A stretch of DNA of 63,628 nucleotides, filler included. It is 5 parts of 5 records of this genome, joined end to end, with 100 filler letters (N's around TTAATTAATTAA, not from the genome) between each part and the next. Parts side by side here need not be neighbours in the genome. Positions count along the whole stretch, not along the records: positions 58,002 to 63,628 come from SRR2962707_1634; 4 more parts are not named here. One strand, 5' to 3'. The translations under genes were made by a program, and so were the position numbers. This document shows, in pieces, positions 60,699-63,628 of this stretch; within the stretch, counting starts at the first letter, position 1; each line of letters begins with the position of its first letter. The notes under the pieces are model-generated. The model worked only from the letters and a program-made list of their open reading frames with translations, did no database searches and was not told the origin of the DNA.

Positions 60699-61843
60699 AG
60701 ATGCGCGCGCTCCCCGGTCTTCTGGCCGTCTTCGCTGTCTCCGCAACGCCCGCCCTCGCGCTGGACCGAACCTTCGACACGGAGAAGGTGAAAGTCCGCG
60801 TCGAAACGGTGGCGCAAGGCCTCGAGCATCCCTGGGGCCTCGCCTTCCTGCCCGACGGCAATTTCCTCGTCACCGAGCGCCCGGGGTTCCTCCGCATCGT
60901 CACGCCTGAAGGCAAGATCGGCAACGCGATCTACGGCGTGCCGAAGGTCGATGCGCGCAACCAGGGCGGTCTTCTTGATGTCGTCCTTGATCCTGATTTT
61001 GAGGAAAACCGTTTCGTCTATCTGAGCTACGCGGAAAAAGGCGAGGGTGGCGCAAACGGCACCGCCGTCGCGCGCGGTCACCTCACCGAAAGCATGTCGC
61101 CGCAGTTGAAAGACGTGGAAGTGATCTTCCGTCAGCAGCCCAAGGAGCCGAGCACGCTGCATTTCGGCTCCCGCCTCGTCTTCGACCGCGAAGGCCATCT
61201 CTTCATCGCGCTGGGCGAACGCTCGAAGAAGGAGTTCCGCACCCAGGCGCAGGACCTCGACTCGCACCTCGGAAAAGTCGTCCGCATCTGGCCGGACGGC
61301 ACCGTCCCGGAAGACAATCCCTATACGGATGAAGAAGACGCCCTCCCCGAAATCTGGTCCTACGGCCACCGCAACCAGCAAGGCGCGGCGCTGCACCCGG
61401 AAACCGGCGCCCTCTGGACCAACGAACACGGCCCCCGTGGCGGCGACGAAGTGAACATCCCCGAACCCGGCAAGAATTACGGCTGGCCCGTCGTCACCTA
61501 TGGCCGCGAATACAGCGGCCTCGCCGTCGGCTCCGGCGAGAGTTCAGCGCCCGGCATGGAAGGCCCGGTGCACTATTGGGTGCCTTCCATCGGCCCCTCC
61601 GGCATGGCCTTTTATACCGGCGACACGATCCCGGAATGGCAGGACTCGCTCTTCGTCGGCGGCCTCGCCATCCCCCAACTCGCCCGCCTCACGCTGGACG
61701 GCAACGAGGTCACGGCCGACGAACCGATGTTGAAGGAACTGGGCCTGCGCATCCGCGACGTCCGCCAGGGCCCCGACGGCGCCCTCTACCTCCTCACCGA
61801 CGAAGAAGAAGGCCAGATCCTCCGCATCACCAAGGCGGAGTAG
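60695..61843 (+). CDS. PQQ-dependent sugar dehydrogenase (YliI/Asd-like)
   Basis: LEHPWGLAFLPDG, GGLLDV, HFGSRL, YGHRNQQG, EHGPRGGDE, RIRDV. Confidence 0.92.
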   Translation: MKMRALPGLLAVFAVSATPALALDRTFDTEKVKVRVETVAQGLEHPWGLAFLPDGNFLVTERPGFLRIVTPEGKIGNAIYGVPKVDARNQGGLLDVVLDPDFEENRFVYLSYAEKGEGGANGTAVARGHLTESMSPQLKDVEVIFRQQPKEPSTLHFGSRLVFDREGHLFIALGERSKKEFRTQAQDLDSHLGKVVRIWPDGTVPEDNPYTDEEDALPEIWSYGHRNQQGAALHPETGALWTNEHGPRGGDEVNIPEPGKNYGWPVVTYGREYSGLAVGSGESSAPGMEGPVHYWVPSIGPSGMAFYTGDTIPEWQDSLFVGGLAIPQLARLTLDGNEVTADEPMLKELGLRIRDVRQGPDGALYLLTDEEEGQILRITKAE

Positions 61844-61853
61844 GGGCGCGTCG

Positions 61854-62210
61854 TCAGGGCCGCATCAGCCATTCGCGCGCTTCTGCTTTCCGCGACTGGT
61901 CGAAATATTTCATGTCCGCGCTGAAGAACGGCTTCGATATTTTCGTGCCCCATTCTTCCCAGCTCTTGTCGCCGATAACGGCCACCCGGCCCATGTCGTC
62001 ATTATGCCTGACGTCGAACTTGAGCTCCTGCCAGAGCCCGGCCGCATCCCAGCCCTCAAACCCGGTGAGTTCCACCAGAACGCGAACCGGTTTGTTCGTC
62101 TGCGACACCTTGTTGAATTGAACGTCGAAAGTGTCGTAGTCCGGCTGGGTAAGCTTCCCGGACGCCTTCACATGGATGATGCCGCCATCCGTATTGTCGA
62201 TGCTGAGCAT
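61854..62210 (-). CDS. SpoIIAA-like (STAS/SEC14) domain protein
   Basis: GKLTQPDY, FEGWDAAGLWQELKFD, RVAVIGDKSW, MKYF. Confidence 0.82.
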   Translation of the reverse strand: MLSIDNTDGGIIHVKASGKLTQPDYDTFDVQFNKVSQTNKPVRVLVELTGFEGWDAAGLWQELKFDVRHNDDMGRVAVIGDKSWEEWGTKISKPFFSADMKYFDQSRKAEAREWLMRP

Positions 62211-62280
62211 GACTTTTCCTTCATGTCCCCGCGCGTGCCCCGGTGTACCGGGATAAAACGCATGGGGCAGGAAGAATGTT

Positions 62281-63438
62281 TCATGGCGCAATCGCAGTCT
62301 TGTCGATCTCGCTTGCCTTCGTGAAGCCTGTCAGCGCCATCGCGACATTCATTTCCTGCCGCATCGTGCCGAGCATCGCGGAAACGCCTTGCTCGCCCCG
62401 CGCCGCCAGCGCATAGGCCCAGGCGCGTCCGAGCAGGCAGGCGTCAGCCCCGCGCGCCAGCGCCTTCGTCACGTCGAGCCCGCTGCGCACGCCGCCATCG
62501 AGCAGCAGTGTCGTCCTGTCGCCCACCTCCTCGCGGATCGCGGGCAGGGCGTCGATGGTCGCGGGCGTCGAGTCGAGCTGCCGCCCGCCATGGTTCGACA
62601 CGACGATGCCGTCCGGCGCGAGCGTGTTCATCGCCATCGCTGCATCTTCCCGGTCCATCACGCCCTTGATGATGATGTTGCCGGGCCAGTTCTCGCGCAC
62701 CCATTCGAGATCGTTCCACGTCATGCCGGGATCAAGGTTCTGCGCGACCCACGCGCCGAAAGCGCCGAAGCCCTTCGCGTTCGGCACTGCTTCGCGCAAG
62801 TTTCCGAAGTCGAGCGGCCGCCCGCCCAGCGCCACATGCCGCAGCCAGTGAACGCGCCGCGCATAGTCCGCCGCAACCTTCACGCGCTTGCCGAGCGACA
62901 TTGCCGTGTTCATCCCGTTTCTGATGTCGCGGTAGCGCGCGCCCAGCACGGCAAGGTCGACCGTGAAGACGAGGGCAGGGCAGCCGGCATTGTGCGCGCG
63001 CTGCATCAATTCACGCGCATAGCCGCGATCCTTGATGACATAAAGCTGGAACCAGAAGGGCTTTGTCGTCGCCTTCGCGACTTCCTCGATCGAACAGATG
63101 CCGACCGTCGACAGCGTGAACGGCACGCCGAATTTCTCCGCCGCCTTCGCCGCCTGCACCTCGCCGCGCTGCGCGAACATGCCTGCAAAGCCGACCGGCG
63201 CCAGCCCCGCCGGGATCGTCCATATCTCACCGAAGATTTCCGCCCGCGTGTCGATCTTGCCGACATCGCGCAGCACGCGCTGCCTGAGCTTCAGCCGCGC
63301 GAACGCATCCACATTGTCGGCCAGCGTCTTCTCCGCATAGGAGCCGCCATCCATATAGTCGAACAACTGCGTCGGCAGCCGCCGCCGCGCGAATTCCCGG
63401 TAGTCCGACACCGAAACCGGATTGAGATCGAGACTCAT
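62281..63438 (-). CDS. lldD: FMN-dependent L-lactate dehydrogenase
   Basis: FDYMDGGS, LAPVG, WFQLY, IIKG, SNHGGRQLD, DGGVRSGLD. Confidence 0.9.
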   Translation of the reverse strand: MSLDLNPVSVSDYREFARRRLPTQLFDYMDGGSYAEKTLADNVDAFARLKLRQRVLRDVGKIDTRAEIFGEIWTIPAGLAPVGFAGMFAQRGEVQAAKAAEKFGVPFTLSTVGICSIEEVAKATTKPFWFQLYVIKDRGYARELMQRAHNAGCPALVFTVDLAVLGARYRDIRNGMNTAMSLGKRVKVAADYARRVHWLRHVALGGRPLDFGNLREAVPNAKGFGAFGAWVAQNLDPGMTWNDLEWVRENWPGNIIIKGVMDREDAAMAMNTLAPDGIVVSNHGGRQLDSTPATIDALPAIREEVGDRTTLLLDGGVRSGLDVTKALARGADACLLGRAWAYALAARGEQGVSAMLGTMRQEMNVAMALTGFTKASEIDKTAIAP

Positions 63439-63458
63439 GGCAGCGTCCTCTCCGCTTT

Positions 63459-63628
63459 CCACCCTCCCCCTGTGGGAGGGTCGAAAAATTGAGCGTAGCG
63501 AAAATTTTTCGGGGAGGGGTACTCCGCTGTCGGCGAAAGACGCGCTTTCCGCTTACTCCGCTTACCCCTCCCCGAAATTCGCTTCGCGTGCGCTCACGAA
63601 TTTCGACCCTCCCACAGGGGGAGGGTGG
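63459..63628. repeat. 170-bp palindromic intergenic element (MITE/REP-like)
   Basis: Perfect 28-bp terminal inverted repeats CCACCCTCCCCCTGTGGGAGGGTCGAAA (63459-63486 / 63601-63628); inner pair TTTCGGGGAGGGGTA / TACCCCTCCCCGAAA. Confidence 0.9.

Noticed and set aside
58828-63492. Long antisense and alternative-frame ORFs (e.g. 58851-59912, 60488-61429, 62389-63492)
   Set aside because: Shadow ORFs of high-GC genes with clear family motifs in the main frame.

Overview
The window is not one locus. It joins five unrelated contigs with 100-nt spacers (N-run, TTAATTAATTAA, N-run), so it is probably metagenomic. (1) 1-15069 is an intron-rich eukaryote, probably a protist. It holds a 4-exon two-pore K+ channel gene with a C2-like N-terminus and one 19-exon gene of about 3,210 aa (coiled-coil/IQ/ankyrin/WW/EF-hand). 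(2) 15170-35493 is Flavobacteriaceae-like housekeeping DNA: amidohydrolase, asnB, gyrB, mdh, secDF, B12-riboswitch metE, lgt, yidD, cysS, folE, plus several intergenic repeat families. (3) 35594-45905 is an alphaproteobacterium, possibly Devosia-like. A TAXI TRAP operon is followed by a compact lambdoid module of about 5.8 kb: cI/cro with five operators, a LexA-box-controlled CxxC gene, a GapR homologue, an initiator with iterons, a Q-position gene and a lambda-like cosQ/cosN. It has no integrase, terminase or capsid gene, is bracketed by inverted ~64-nt elements, and is followed by tandem RibD/DHFR-like genes. (4) 46006-57901 is Rhodobacteraceae-like: rpoD, kpsC-wza-kpsS, riboflavin synthase, LexA-box uvrD, SAM-II metZ, folE2. 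(5) 58002-63628 is a high-GC alphaproteobacterium with metabolic genes and a 170-bp palindrome. The best novelty candidate is the minimal cos-bearing phage module in contig 3. All family and taxon calls are by eye and from memory; no searches were run.
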